Positions 36,331-48,212 of a DNA stretch of 64,000 nucleotides are shown piece by piece (the first letter of the stretch is position 1; each line of letters begins with the position of its first letter). This DNA comes from Octopus bimaculoides. Its lineage: Eukaryota. The position numbers and the translations under genes are program-made. The DNA lies in the NCBI RefSeq assembly GCF_001194135.2, contig NC_068990.1, positions 64,115,023-64,179,022 of the forward strand, read 5' to 3'. The notes beneath the pieces were generated by a model that made no database searches, was not told where the DNA came from, and saw only the letters and a program-made list of their open reading frames with translations.

Positions 36331-39300
36331 GACAAAGCAACTTCACTGAGGAATATAACTTTCAGCTGTCCACAGCCAATGGACTAAAGTAACAATCTTC
36401 ATTTAGATTTTGAGAACTGTGCTGACGTTTTGTGCAGTTCCAAGCAACATTATTTTCTGTAGGTGCCCTAACTTCACATCTAATCCTATCTTTTCAATCC
36501 ATTTTCTGAGCTTCATACTTATAGTTCCTGCAGCTCCAACAACAACTACAACACTCACCTTCTAGATTGACCTCAGTCTGTTTATCTCTGACTTCAGCTC
36601 ATCATATGTGACCTGCTTCACTTCTCTTTATGATACACTTTCATCATCCGAACATGCAATATCAGAGATTAAACAAATCCTTTCCTCTTCATTTACAATC
36701 ACTCTATCCTGCTTTTGATAGTCAATTTGATGGTTACAGCGGATCATTACATGCCATAGTATATTTACCTAAACATTTTCAATTACTCCTTCTGGGGTAT
36801 ACTGAAACCACATCTTTACTCTGTTCAATCCATACATGCCACCAAACTCACACCGAATCATTCTTCTGATATTATCATGTCTTCTCTTGAATTCTTTTTG
36901 TGCCAACTTCTCGCATTCATCTATGATATGCCATAGAGCTTCCCCTTTATCACTGTAAACCTTGCACTTTTCTCTTTCTGTTCTATTGTCAATCCTGCAC
37001 TCAGTATAGTTTATCCTGAGTGCTTGTACCTGCACAGCACAGATCTACAATTCTGTTTCTGGCTTCTTAAGCCAGTGTCACCTTCCATCAGCATTTGCAT
37101 TCCTCCATGCCTCTCTCTCTCTCAAACTACCAGTTTACTTTTCTTTATTCCATTTCTTTTCATCTTCCTTACTTGTTTTTCTTTGTACTAACATCTTCCT
37201 ACGAGTATCAGTCCTGACTGTAACAGGTATTCTCACCTGAGCCAGCAAAGGTTGCATAACATTCTTGATATGCCACCATGAGTTATTTTCTTCTGAGCAT
37301 ATGCAATTTTCATGGCTGATTAGCCCTCGCCCACCTTTGTTCCTGGTTAGACACAGCTTGTCAATATTGCTCCATGCATTGGGAGTAATTTTCTCCATTT
37401 TTGCTGCAGCCTCTGCAGTAGCTCTTTCTTCCAATTGATATTATGTGCAACATACCTCAATAATGCAATCAGCTATGTATTGATTGCTTGAAACTTATTT
37501 CTTTCATCCAGTTTCAACTGTAGAACTAATCTAAGTCTTTGGAGATATTTTTGCATAAAGCTTTTCTTCATTTCTTTTTCCATCACTTCATTCATGCCCA
37601 AGTATTTATACCCAGTATTATCATCAATCCTTTCCATGAATGCCACAGATGGTAGTTCAGTATTTCCAAGAATATTACTCCACATTTTTTTAGACCAAAT
37701 TCCATTTTGATGTCCTCACTAAAGCAACGAACAATGTTCAGTAAAAAAGTGACTTAAGATTCATTCTTACCATACAGCTTGAGATCATCCATAAATAATA
37801 GATAGTTGATCTTTTGTAGTTTTCCTTTAAACTCATATCCAGATGTTATTTTACTGAATTTTATGAGTTTTCTGTTCAACAGATAGAATTATCATCAAGA
37901 CATGTATACATTTCATCAATGATTATTCCAGTGAGCAGCTTCCTCATTAGTGTGACACATGATGTAGGTCTGTGACCATCCACAGTATTCCCTTATGAAG
38001 TATCCTTCAAACACAATACTGTTTGTCCAGCTGTTATCCACTTGGGAATCTCTCCATTTCTGTTGAGCAGTTCATTGTTCTGCTATTCCTTTATGGAATC
38101 CTGTCGTAATACCCATGAATACCATCAGGCCCAGCTACTTTCCAATTCCTCATCTTTCTACTTAGTTGTCTTACATTTTCTTTCACAATTCTAATTTCTT
38201 CTTGTTGGGCACAAGAAACAGACTCTGCCAAATTTTGGAACTGCTCAACCTCAGCATCATTCTACTCTTCCTTACTCCACATCACATTCCAAAGTCAACC
38301 ACTTTCTTTCGCTTCTGGTATTACTCTTTCATCTTTTATCTTTTACTATTTTCTAGTCATTAGACTATGGTCATGCTGGGGCACAACCTTGAATTTTTAA
38401 TCAAGTGTATTGACTCCAGGAGTTATTCTATCAGTCTCTTTTGCTAAACTGGTAAGTTACAAAGATGTAAACACACTAACACCAGTTGCCAAGCAGTGGG
38501 AGTGGAGTGGTGAGGAACAAACACAGACAGAAAGACACATACACATAGATATTATTATATATATATATATATTAGGAAGGGCATCCAGCTGTAGAAACTC
38601 TGCCAAATTAGATTGGAGCCTGGTGTTGCCATCCGGTTTCACCAGTCCTCAGTCAAATCGTCCAACCCATGCTAGCATGGAAAGCGGACGTTAAACGATG
38701 ATGATGATGATGATGATATATATATATACACAACAGACTTCTTTCAGCTTTTGTCTACCAAATCCACTCACATGGTCTTGGTCATCCGGAGGCTATAGTA
38801 GAAGACACTTGCCCAAGGTGTCATGCAGTGGGACTGAACCCGGAACCATGTGGTTGGGAACAAACCTCTTACCACACAGTCAAGCCTGTGCCAGTTTGTT
38901 TTGTCCCATGTTTGTTTCCCCACTTATTTATTGATCATTTTTTTTCTAATTGAATTGGAATAATTCATTTTGCCAATTCTGCTTCATTCTTTGATTCTAT
39001 TTTTGTTATTTTACCTCTCTTTGCCAAAATACACTGCTTTACTTCTTCAATTACATTTGGCCCTTCACTGTCAATACTAAATTTTTTTTTCAGTCAATCA
39101 TATTTATAATCGTTCCAAAAGTTCACCATTCCTCTTTCATTACAATACCAATTCATCACCAAGCTTACCTATATTTCCTAATATTCTTCTTTTCTGCCAT
39201 GAGTTTTTGTTTTGTGTATTTTTCACACTGTTTGTTCTTTCATTGTCTTTTACTCACAAATTATCTGCAACAACTTTGCTCGCTGCTTTGATAATTCTAT

Positions 39301-39830
39301 TGACTTCTATTATGGTAGTTGTTCTTATATGCTCAAGAATTTAATTAACTTTCATGGTTCAATTTCCACTAACCGGCTTCCTTGAAATGACAAACATTCT
39401 ATATGTTGACAATTTATTATCTCTAGCACTCCACTTGTACCTGTATTCTGTTAACTAAAAAATACATTAATGTCAACAGAATTTCCGTTTGCTACTATTT
39501 CAGGTCTGTTACTTTCAACTGTGTCATACAGTTCTACCATTTCTTTTTCATTCTCTTCTACCTCATCTTCCTCTCTTGTATCATGCTTAACATTTTCACC
39601 AATTTGCTTCTTGATGGCTTCAAGTTCAAGCTCAGCTAACCATACATTCCTTCAAATTGTTCGTGCCTAGTCACAAATCCTTTGCTCTGTACTTTCAAAT
39701 AGTCCTTTCCATTTCCATTCGCTATACATTTTCCATTGATAACAACTTACTGGAACTCCATTTACTGGGTTATGCAAATAGTACTACACTATGATAACAG
39801 TGTTAATCTCTTTACTTCATTTCAACCTCT
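36331..39830 (-). mobile_element. Near full-length degraded R4/Dong-type retrotransposon, interrupted by SINEs at 38365-38885
   Basis: N-terminal WLAELELEAIKKQI, RT/thumb YKYLG and NKGGRGLI, CCHC-like KCKV...WHIIDECEKLAQKEFKRRHD, terminal QKIMLLGTAQ, then an (AAC)n tract. Confidence 0.8.
38365..38885 (-). mobile_element. SINE family D with nested RTE tail (38572-38716, +)
   Basis: Family D reverse complement split at its central (TA)n by a plus-strand RTE-tail copy. Confidence 0.82.
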
Positions 39831-40324
39831 TTTCATAACTAACACCATTACCCCTAGCTCCAGTCCTATTTATGCTATTATTTCAATCATTGTTTTGCAT
39901 TATTTCAATGAAGTATTAGCTTTGCAAAGAGTTTCTGTCTCATGAGTGTGTGTGTGTGTGTGTTTGATGCCATCACTAGGAGAGACACCAATAAAGACTA
40001 AAGACCCTCTCCTGGCTATGCAACATATCAACTTGCCAGATATCAACTCATTATTTCTTAGTTTCAAAGTCATCACCATCATCACTGCACCTGTTGTCAT
40101 TGTAATTACTGTTATTACTCTAGTGCATGCTAATTTAGTGAGCAGGTATTTCATCTTGAGGTTTGGTGACAACAAGTCTCCTCAAATCTCAAGATCTTTT
40201 GCCTATTTCAGAAAGGGGGAAGAGTATCTCAGTACTGGCATTGCCTATGTATTTATGGCTTTAATGATGACTGTTGTTGTTATTATTATTATTATTATAT
40301 TATTATTATTATTATCATCATATG

Positions 40325-40870
40325 AAAACTCATAGCTTATTTTGCTGGGTATGATGGAAGGTGTCAGCTGTTCACAGCCAGCAGACTAAGGTGACACTTG
40401 TTTACTGGTCATGCTTCAAGAACCCTGCAATGAATTCTTGCGGTTCCAAGCAATGCTGATTTTTGTAATTGTTCTACCTTCACACTTGCACCAATCATTT
40501 TTTAGCCATGCTAGTAGTTGAGTGCTTTACTAATGGTATAATGTCTGCTCTCTTCATTGACTACAACCTTTGTATTTCCCACTTCAAATCGTCATGGTTG
40601 TTTATTTTTTCTTCTTCTTTCACATTGATCCTGTTGTCACTGGGGCATGCTATGTCAATTATCATACATGTTCTTTCGTTTTTTATTCACCACAACAATG
40701 TCCGGTTTCCGATGTCTGGTCAGGTGATTGCACTGGATCATTGCATCCCACAGGATTTTGCAATTCTCATTTACTAGAGTTTGCTACCTATTAGAACTTT
40801 ATCTGATTATGTACTTGATTTTTCAAGGCTTTTCTGTCATTGTTCTTGAGCAATTAGTTCTTGATCCGTT
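40325..40870 (-). mobile_element. R4-type RLE domain 3' fragment
   Basis: ENCKILWDAMIQC.HLTRHRKPDIVVVNKK...DDLKWEIQRL. Followed on the minus strand by (TAA)n at about 40270-40320. Confidence 0.8.
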
Positions 40871-42274
40871 TCTACAGAAACTAGAGGTGTTGGGGGATAA
40901 TGTGTGTGTGTGTGGGCCATGCCAACATCATAGTACTGGTTATTATGAAAATCAGAGTGGCCAGGTAGCACTGTACTAAAGGAGTACAAAGTGGTAATAG
41001 AAGCACACATTAACCAGAACAAGTTGGGGATATTTACAGTTAGATACCTGGAGATGCAAGTTCATATTGGCTATCACCATGGGCTTCTAAGCTGAGTTTA
41101 AAGAAGATAAAATATACTAATGGTCTTTAAATACAAAAAGTGGGTGTGGGCTACATTACATTCTAGAAGGCATAATGCTTGAATAAATATGGTAAATAAA
41201 TTTAAATGCAACCATAGCTTCCTTTGAGTGAATGTTTTTTGGAACAAAATACCACCATTTCAATGTTCCATCCTTCCACCTTCTTTGGGCCTTCAGCTCC
41301 TGATAGAATCATTGAAGCACTGATATAACATATGGCATATCTTAGGCATTTTGAAATCCATTGGAACATATCATTCTCCAGGTTTACTTTTTTCCAAAAG
41401 AGGGAGAAAGAGAGGAATCAACAGGGCTGGTTCTTTATTTACCTGGAAAGGACAAAAGGCAAAGCTGACCTTTGTTTCGGTATAATTAACCTCTAAATAA
41501 AATACCATATTTTCCAGCAAACAATTTGATGCAGAATATAATGTAAATGATTAAACATTTTCACTATCTTTTCAAATCTTGCTGCATTTCACATGGAAAT
41601 TTTGGTCCTTAAAAGTCTTGGTATATAAGTTGATCTGCCTTTTTCGACTGTAAATTTTGGTCTGATCAAACAGATCTATCTCCAATGGCCTTCCAGCAAT
41701 GACTGAAGTCCCAAGAGGATGCCATCCTTGGAATGGGTGAGATTCTCTCAAATTTCATGGATAGGTTGTTTTTGTAGGGAATGGTCCAACAAATAAATAG
41801 TTAGGGCTCTTTCTTGGTTCCCTAGGCCCCAGGCTTATCAATATACCAGCTGAGCACCTCTTATAGATCTTGGGCATGACAATTACATTTTACAGACATT
41901 CACTGCATATCTTGGACTACACCATTGAATATGTCCTTTGTTTTATATTTCAAGAAAATAGTGTGTGATATGAAGGAAAGCTGGCTGCTATTTCTAGCAA
42001 ATCAAGCAAAAATGTAGAACATTCTTTGTCATGAATGACTGTTATATGGTTTAAGCAAATCAATGTAAACCATTATTTACATTACTCACATTTGACAGAT
42101 ATTTGCCCTCATCTTCTTTGTTGTTAACATGTTTTGGATGATATACCCTCCAGCCTTCATCAGGTGTTTTGGGGAAGTTTCAAACCTGGGTTCTCATTCC
42201 TAAGGTATTTTTCGATTATATTATTATTATTACTATTATTATTGTTGTTATTATTCAGGTCACTGCCTGGAATC

Positions 42275-42532
42275 AGCATATGGCATAGTGGTTAAGAGTG
42301 CAGGCTTCTAACCCTAAGATTCCAAGTTCGATTCCAGGCAGTGACCTGAATAATGATAATAATAATAACAACAACATTGGACAACCCCGGTTCAAAATTT
42401 CCCCAAGACACCTGATGAAGGCTGGAGGATATATCAGCCGAAATGTTGTGTTAACAACAAACAAGGACAAATATCCGTCAAATGTAAATAATATAAATAA
42501 TGTGCATAATTCCTCATCTCTTAAATGTAGAA
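42275..42532 (+). mobile_element. tRNA-headed short retroelement containing a minimal hammerhead motif
   Basis: A-box tggcatagtgg (42281-91), B-box gttcgattcc (42326-35), (AAT)n spacer, hammerhead motif at 42407-42452. Inverted partial copy at 42073-42274. Confidence 0.75.
42407..42452 (+). ncRNA. Minimal type I hammerhead ribozyme motif (Penelope/retrozyme type), probably CpG-decayed
   Basis: GACAC-CTGATGA-A-GGCTG-gaggatatat-CAGCC-GAAA-TG-TT-GTGTT. Stem I is GACAC/GTGTT, stem II is GGCTG/CAGCC, and both catalytic boxes are intact. Confidence 0.65.
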
Positions 42533-42544
42533 TTCCAATGTAAA

Positions 42545-42850
42545 CCATGTAAAAAGGTGCCACATAAAAGACACTGGTACTGATGTCATGTAAAAAGCAC
42601 TGGTTATCATGTCACATAAAAAGTACAGATGCTGGTTCCACTTAGTAAATGCTGGTGTTGGTGCCACATAAAAAGCATCCAGTACACTCTGTAAAGTGTT
42701 TACTGTTAGGAAGGGTATTTAGCTGTAGAAACCATGCCAAAACAGACAAGGGAACTGGGTGCAGCTCCTCCCCTTGCCAGCTCCAGTTAAACCGTCCAAC
42801 CCATGCCAGCATAGAAAATGGATGTTAAATGATGATGATGATGATGATGA
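42545..42850 (+). mobile_element. RTE 3'UTR-derived element
   Basis: Subrepeats plus ccgtccaacccatgccagcatagaaaatggatgttaaatgatgatg tail. Confidence 0.75.
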
Positions 42851-43037
42851 ATGTCAACCATGAAAAAGGTAACTTAGACAAAGAGGAGATGAAGTAGAAC
42901 CAAAATGGGAAGATTACAAATTACTGGATTCAACCAGTTCAAACAGATGCCAGTTGGGGCAACCTTCTATCCAGGATGATGAGATTGTGATCATCATAAT
43001 GTTCATATTCAAAGATAAATTCATCTCTCTCTCTCTG

Positions 43038-43075
<38 letters not shown>

Positions 43076-43269
43076 TCACAAGTTTAATGTTTTAACCAAG
43101 AAACTCCACTTCCGCTGATTCATGTTTCAAAGCTGCTACGAAGTAGCAGTTTCATGCCTAAATTATTAAATTTGTAAAATAAAACTACTTCCTCTGTAGT
43201 TATATTTAACTCATACAAAGTCCTCTTTGGTTTTTCTGGTTTCCTTGATCATTGATTCAAGAATTTTCT

Positions 43270-43549
43270 GATATATGTGTGTCTATGTGTACACACACAC
43301 ACAGACACATATATATATGGATATGTATACATATAAATGTATGTGTATACATATATATAGATATATATAAGTATATGTGTACATACATGCATATATATAT
43401 ATGCATGCATATATATATGTATATGTAATTACATATATATATGTATATGTAATTACATATATATGTATATATATATTTATATATACATATATATGTATGC
43501 ATGTATACATATATATATATGTGTATATGTATATAAATACATACATATA

Positions 43550-43582
<33 letters not shown>

Positions 43583-43630
43583 GTAAACGTATTTGTATAC
43601 ATATATACATATACAGATATGTGTGTATAC

Positions 43631-43668
<38 letters not shown>

Positions 43669-43690
43669 TCTCCCTCGCTCTCTCTCTCTC
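43270..43690. repeat. Compound TA/CA microsatellite field
   Basis: Direct inspection. Confidence 0.95.
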
Positions 43691-44609
43691 TGAAATAACC
43701 AATAACTTTGAGTTGAGGAAAAGGTTGTTTGCTTTCATAATGATTTAATGAAAAACACAAACAAATTAATTTATTTAAGTCTGTTTGTGTACACTTTGTG
43801 TTTATACGGTGTGTGTATGTGTAAGTGCCCATATGTCCACATGTGTGTGTGTGCGTGCGCGCAAGCAGTACTTGGGTGTCCATACATATATACGTGTGTG
43901 TATGTGCTTGTGTGTGCATATATGTGTATGTTTGTCTGTGTGTGTATGTATTCCTCAGTAATTGAAATCATCAAATAATAATTTGGCACATCTCCCCATA
44001 ATAATCCTAAATGGGTGAAGGAATGATGGGGCAAATGATGGAGCAAATTCTTTTAAAACATCATAGGAGACAGAAACAGTATGGAGTGGAATAGTTTATA
44101 GAGATATTAATATAGGTTATTTTTGTTTTGTTGTTGTTGTTGCTGGTGGTGGAGAAGGTACATGGTAAAGCCTAGTGGTGATGGTGGTGGCGATGGTATT
44201 AGTGAGTAAGTGACTGGGGGGGGGGGAAGAAGATGAGAGTGCATCAGTTTGATTTGCTGCTTGTTGTTTCATAGATTTCCTTCCTTGTTCAATTTTGTTT
44301 TTGTTTTGTTTTAAAACTAGAAAAAGCTGGATTTACAAACCATGGAATCATAGAAACATTTGAGTTGAGTTTAGTTTTGGAAATAATTTTTTTCTGTATT
44401 CGGTAAATGTGCTGAGCAAATAAATATGTTTGTCTGTTGATTGTATGAGAGTGTGTGTGTGTGTGTGTGTATGCAGGTGTGTGCATATGAGAGCTGAGTG
44501 GTGGTGGTGGTGATGGTGGTGGTGCAACTGGTGATGTAATGTTGGTCAGACTATTCATGTATAGGCTAGAATATCTACAGATATATATAATATGTATAAA
44601 TATACATAT

Positions 44610-44641
<32 letters not shown>

Positions 44642-44650
44642 GCATAAATA

Positions 44651-44728
<78 letters not shown>

Positions 44729-45399
44729 AGAAATGAGGGCAGGGAATCGTCAATTAATAATAGAATTAACAATTAACAATTTTGCCAAGTAGTTCAGTAT
44801 GAAATAAACCTTTATCGGTAAGACCATTTATCATCATAAATATAAGGGATTAGCAATTGAGTTGCTTCTCCAACATACTGAAAATTCAGAAATAGCAGTC
44901 AAAGAACTACTGATTCTAAACTACAAATTTTTCTCCAAAACGGATGGCGATATTTATGGCACACATAGAACAAAAAACCGGAGGGAAAAGCATAAACAAA
45001 ACAAGTCTTTAGTTAATTGGGTACGAATCGTTTCATGGTTAAGTGAATGAAAATTTCATATAAACACACACACACACACATATATATTTCTGTGAAGGTT
45101 AGAGGTTGGGAAACCAACCAACTAAGGGATAGTGTACCCAATAATTCATACCTAAATGTTGGTTATTGCATGGCAATCTCACAGTTGAGTGTTATATATA
45201 TGGGTGGCGGTAAAAAGTGGTTTACCCTTAATTTATATGGCAAATACAAAAATGAAGAGGATACAAAATGACATACATCATCCAGTAGACAATTCCAGTG
45301 TGTCTATTTATTTCAAAGCATTAGAAAGTATTAGAAGAAAACATACACATGTAGTAACTATGTGTTACACACACATGTATTAATGTTACAGGAAAGAGC

Positions 45400-45960
45400 A
45401 AAATGTCAGTTCCTTATGGCTGTTCCTTATGGCAGATAAAGTTTGGATGATGAGTGTGCCTCTAGACTTCTTCAGGGGATCTAAGTGGTTAGGAGGGCTA
45501 ATTCATATAATAAACAGTTAACAATAGGTACAGTGTATTCGTCATTATTGAAAAGGGCAGAAAAAGAAAAGGAGAAAACATAAGGCTGTGAGAGAAGTAC
45601 AACTTATTAAAATGAATTAGGTATAGGAAGGGGAAATAAGCTACAAACTTCCAGGATCTATGTTACTTTGTCTACTGGTGGATAGGTGAGTATAGTTGTT
45701 CTTGAGAGGAGTCTTTAGGAAGGGCGAATTTAGTTCGAATTATGTTTACATAGAAATACAGTGGTGAATTTGAAGGTATGGTCCGTGTTATGGAGGTGAA
45801 AGTTCATATGTAAAGTGACAGCGAGTAGGTGCAACATTGCAGATGGTATGGCATAAGCAGCCTACGATGGTGAACCCATCATGGGAAAATTTAAGTGTAC
45901 TAATGAGAGTAAGGAATCAGGTGGTGACTAAAGTGTGGTGTTAGTGTTCATTATTTTTTT
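45400..45960 (-). mobile_element. Possible highly degraded Penelope RT fragment
   Basis: PMMGSPS*AAYA (MGSP motif), FYVNI (YVDD-like) and PFLYL (PFLD-like) occur in the expected order across frameshifts. Confidence 0.35.
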
Positions 45961-46313
45961 TGCCGATCAACAAGTCTCTGAATCCCTATGTGTAGTGGGG
46001 TGGGGGTCATGGTCAGTCCTACAGCCTAATTGATCAGCTATTTCTTTGAAAACCATGACGTGGTTCCAGTTAGTTGACGGTTAACAGACAAAGCAAAAAA
46101 AAATCAAATAAATAAACCATTGCCACTATGGGCGATTAAAAGAGCAAAATAGAATTAAAAACAAGTAAATGCATACATATACATGTCCATACTTATACAT
46201 ATATATATGTGTGTGTGTGTGTAATAATATTAGGAAATAAAAAAATTATTCCAACCTTACAGCCAAAGAGTGGTATAATATTATACTGGGTTTCCTAATA
46301 TATAATATATATG

Positions 46314-47690
46314 CATATAACTAATTTAGAGACGAACCACCACTCAGTCAACTCAGAACCCATCCAAATCCATGCTGGGAACTTAAATCAAAAAGATTAG
46401 AATACGAGTTAAAATGGGAAATAGTTTGCAAGGCTAAATCATATAGGATAGGGAATAAATTCTGCTTATTATGTACTAACAAATTTAAAGAGATATTATT
46501 AGCTAATAAAAAATTGGTTAATTCTCACGATGAACGTAATACTAAATGCAGACATAAATTAAATTACTTATATAATAAGTTTAGATAACTAATTTATTCA
46601 TTTAAACCTAGTATTAGGTACCAACTTATAGTTATGATCAGTATTGTAAAATACATCAAATTAGCTTTAGAATACACTTTAATCATCACAATATTATACT
46701 AAATTGGAACATATAACTACCTTTACTTTAAGTATTCAACGATAATATGAGCTGTCTTTTACAATGTTTCATAACATTATTTAAGTAATATATAATTTTC
46801 GTATTTGGTATAGTTATTATTCTGCGTAAATTTGAGAGTTTTAAGTATTTTAGTATTTTTAATCCTCAAGAAACTTTTTATTTTAGGTAGATTTTCTTTT
46901 TCGATATTTTCGTTATTATTTTAGTAATTATAATACACATGTACTTCTGGGTAATAGACGCCATATTTATCACGTGACCTTTTAGTATAAATTCTATAGC
47001 ACAGCCATTTTGGGTTTAATCTACAAATTATCAGCCGGCAGATAAGTCATGTCTTCATATTTTAATTTTATAAAGAATATTGACATCCGTCTTTTAGTAA
47101 CTTTGTACACTAACGCATTATTTTACTATTGTCTACTTATTCCATAATGTTTTAACCTTATTTACTATAATACTATTAGATTGTAACTCTTAATAATTAT
47201 ATTAATACCGTTAATGTAGGGATAAGTTTACAGATTTTGTCTCTTTATATATATTTTTATTTCTCATGTTTATGTTTATTCTTTGAATGATTTCAGGTAT
47301 TTTCTTAGGGATTTGACCGAAAGAGTGACTGATTTTGGGAGTAAAATCATTTCCCCGTTCTAATAAACTCGGATAGAATTTGCTTATGATTTTATATAGT
47401 CCTATTTCAGTCATGAATCGCACGTAGTCAATGTACTAGCACTAACTTTTTACATTTAAACTTCCATACTGTAAATTATCGTATTAATTTTTACTCTCCA
47501 GTTTATAAATTTGACTTTAAAATTTTTTAAATTTATATTTCTATGATTTATTAATGTAATATGTTATTTAATTTAAATTTTTCGATTAAAATATTCGATA
47601 TATTAAGATGGTATATGCCTCACAGCATGGATTTGAATGGGTTCTGAGTTGTAGAGTAGTGGTTCGTCTCTAAATTAGTTATATGTATGT
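46314..47690. mobile_element. Penelope-like composite bounded by about 65-bp inverted repeats
   Basis: Plus strand: CWELKSKRLEYELKWEIVCKAKSYRIGNKFCL (GIY-YIG tail). Minus strand: TEIG...ISKFYP...KISHS (PLE linker-like). IRs at 46314-46378 and 47623-47686. Confidence 0.6.
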
Positions 47691-47699
47691 ATGTATACA

Positions 47700-48080
47700 C
47701 ACTTTTTACCTTTTACTTGATGTTTCAGTCACTTGACTGTGGCCATGGTGGGGCACTGCCTTGAAGAATTTTAGTTGAATGAATTGACCTCAACACATAT
47801 TTTTTAAGTGTTGTACTTATTTTATCAGTATCCTTTGCTGAACTGCTAAGTTACAAGACATAACCACACCAACTCTAGTTATCAAGTGGGTGGGCAAACA
47901 CACACAAAGACACATATACGATGGGATCTTTTCAGTTTTTGTCTACCAAATCCATTCACAAGTTTTGGTCACCTTGAGACTATTTTAGAAGGCACATCCC
48001 CAACGTTCCACACAATGGGACTAAACCTGGAGTCATGTGGTTGGTTAGCAAACTTCTTATCACATAGCCATGCCTGCACC
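47700..48080 (-). mobile_element. SINE family D
   Basis: Reverse complement of full family D. Confidence 0.8.
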
Positions 48081-48172
48081 AATACATACGTGTGGGTTTG
48101 TGTATATATCTTCATGCATATGTATATATATATATATACATACACACATTTATATATATATATATATGTAAG

Positions 48173-48212
<40 letters not shown>

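Noticed and set aside
42275-42350. Functional tRNA gene
   Set aside because: A and B boxes are present but the acceptor stem does not pair and the sequence runs into a repeat body. It is a SINE head.
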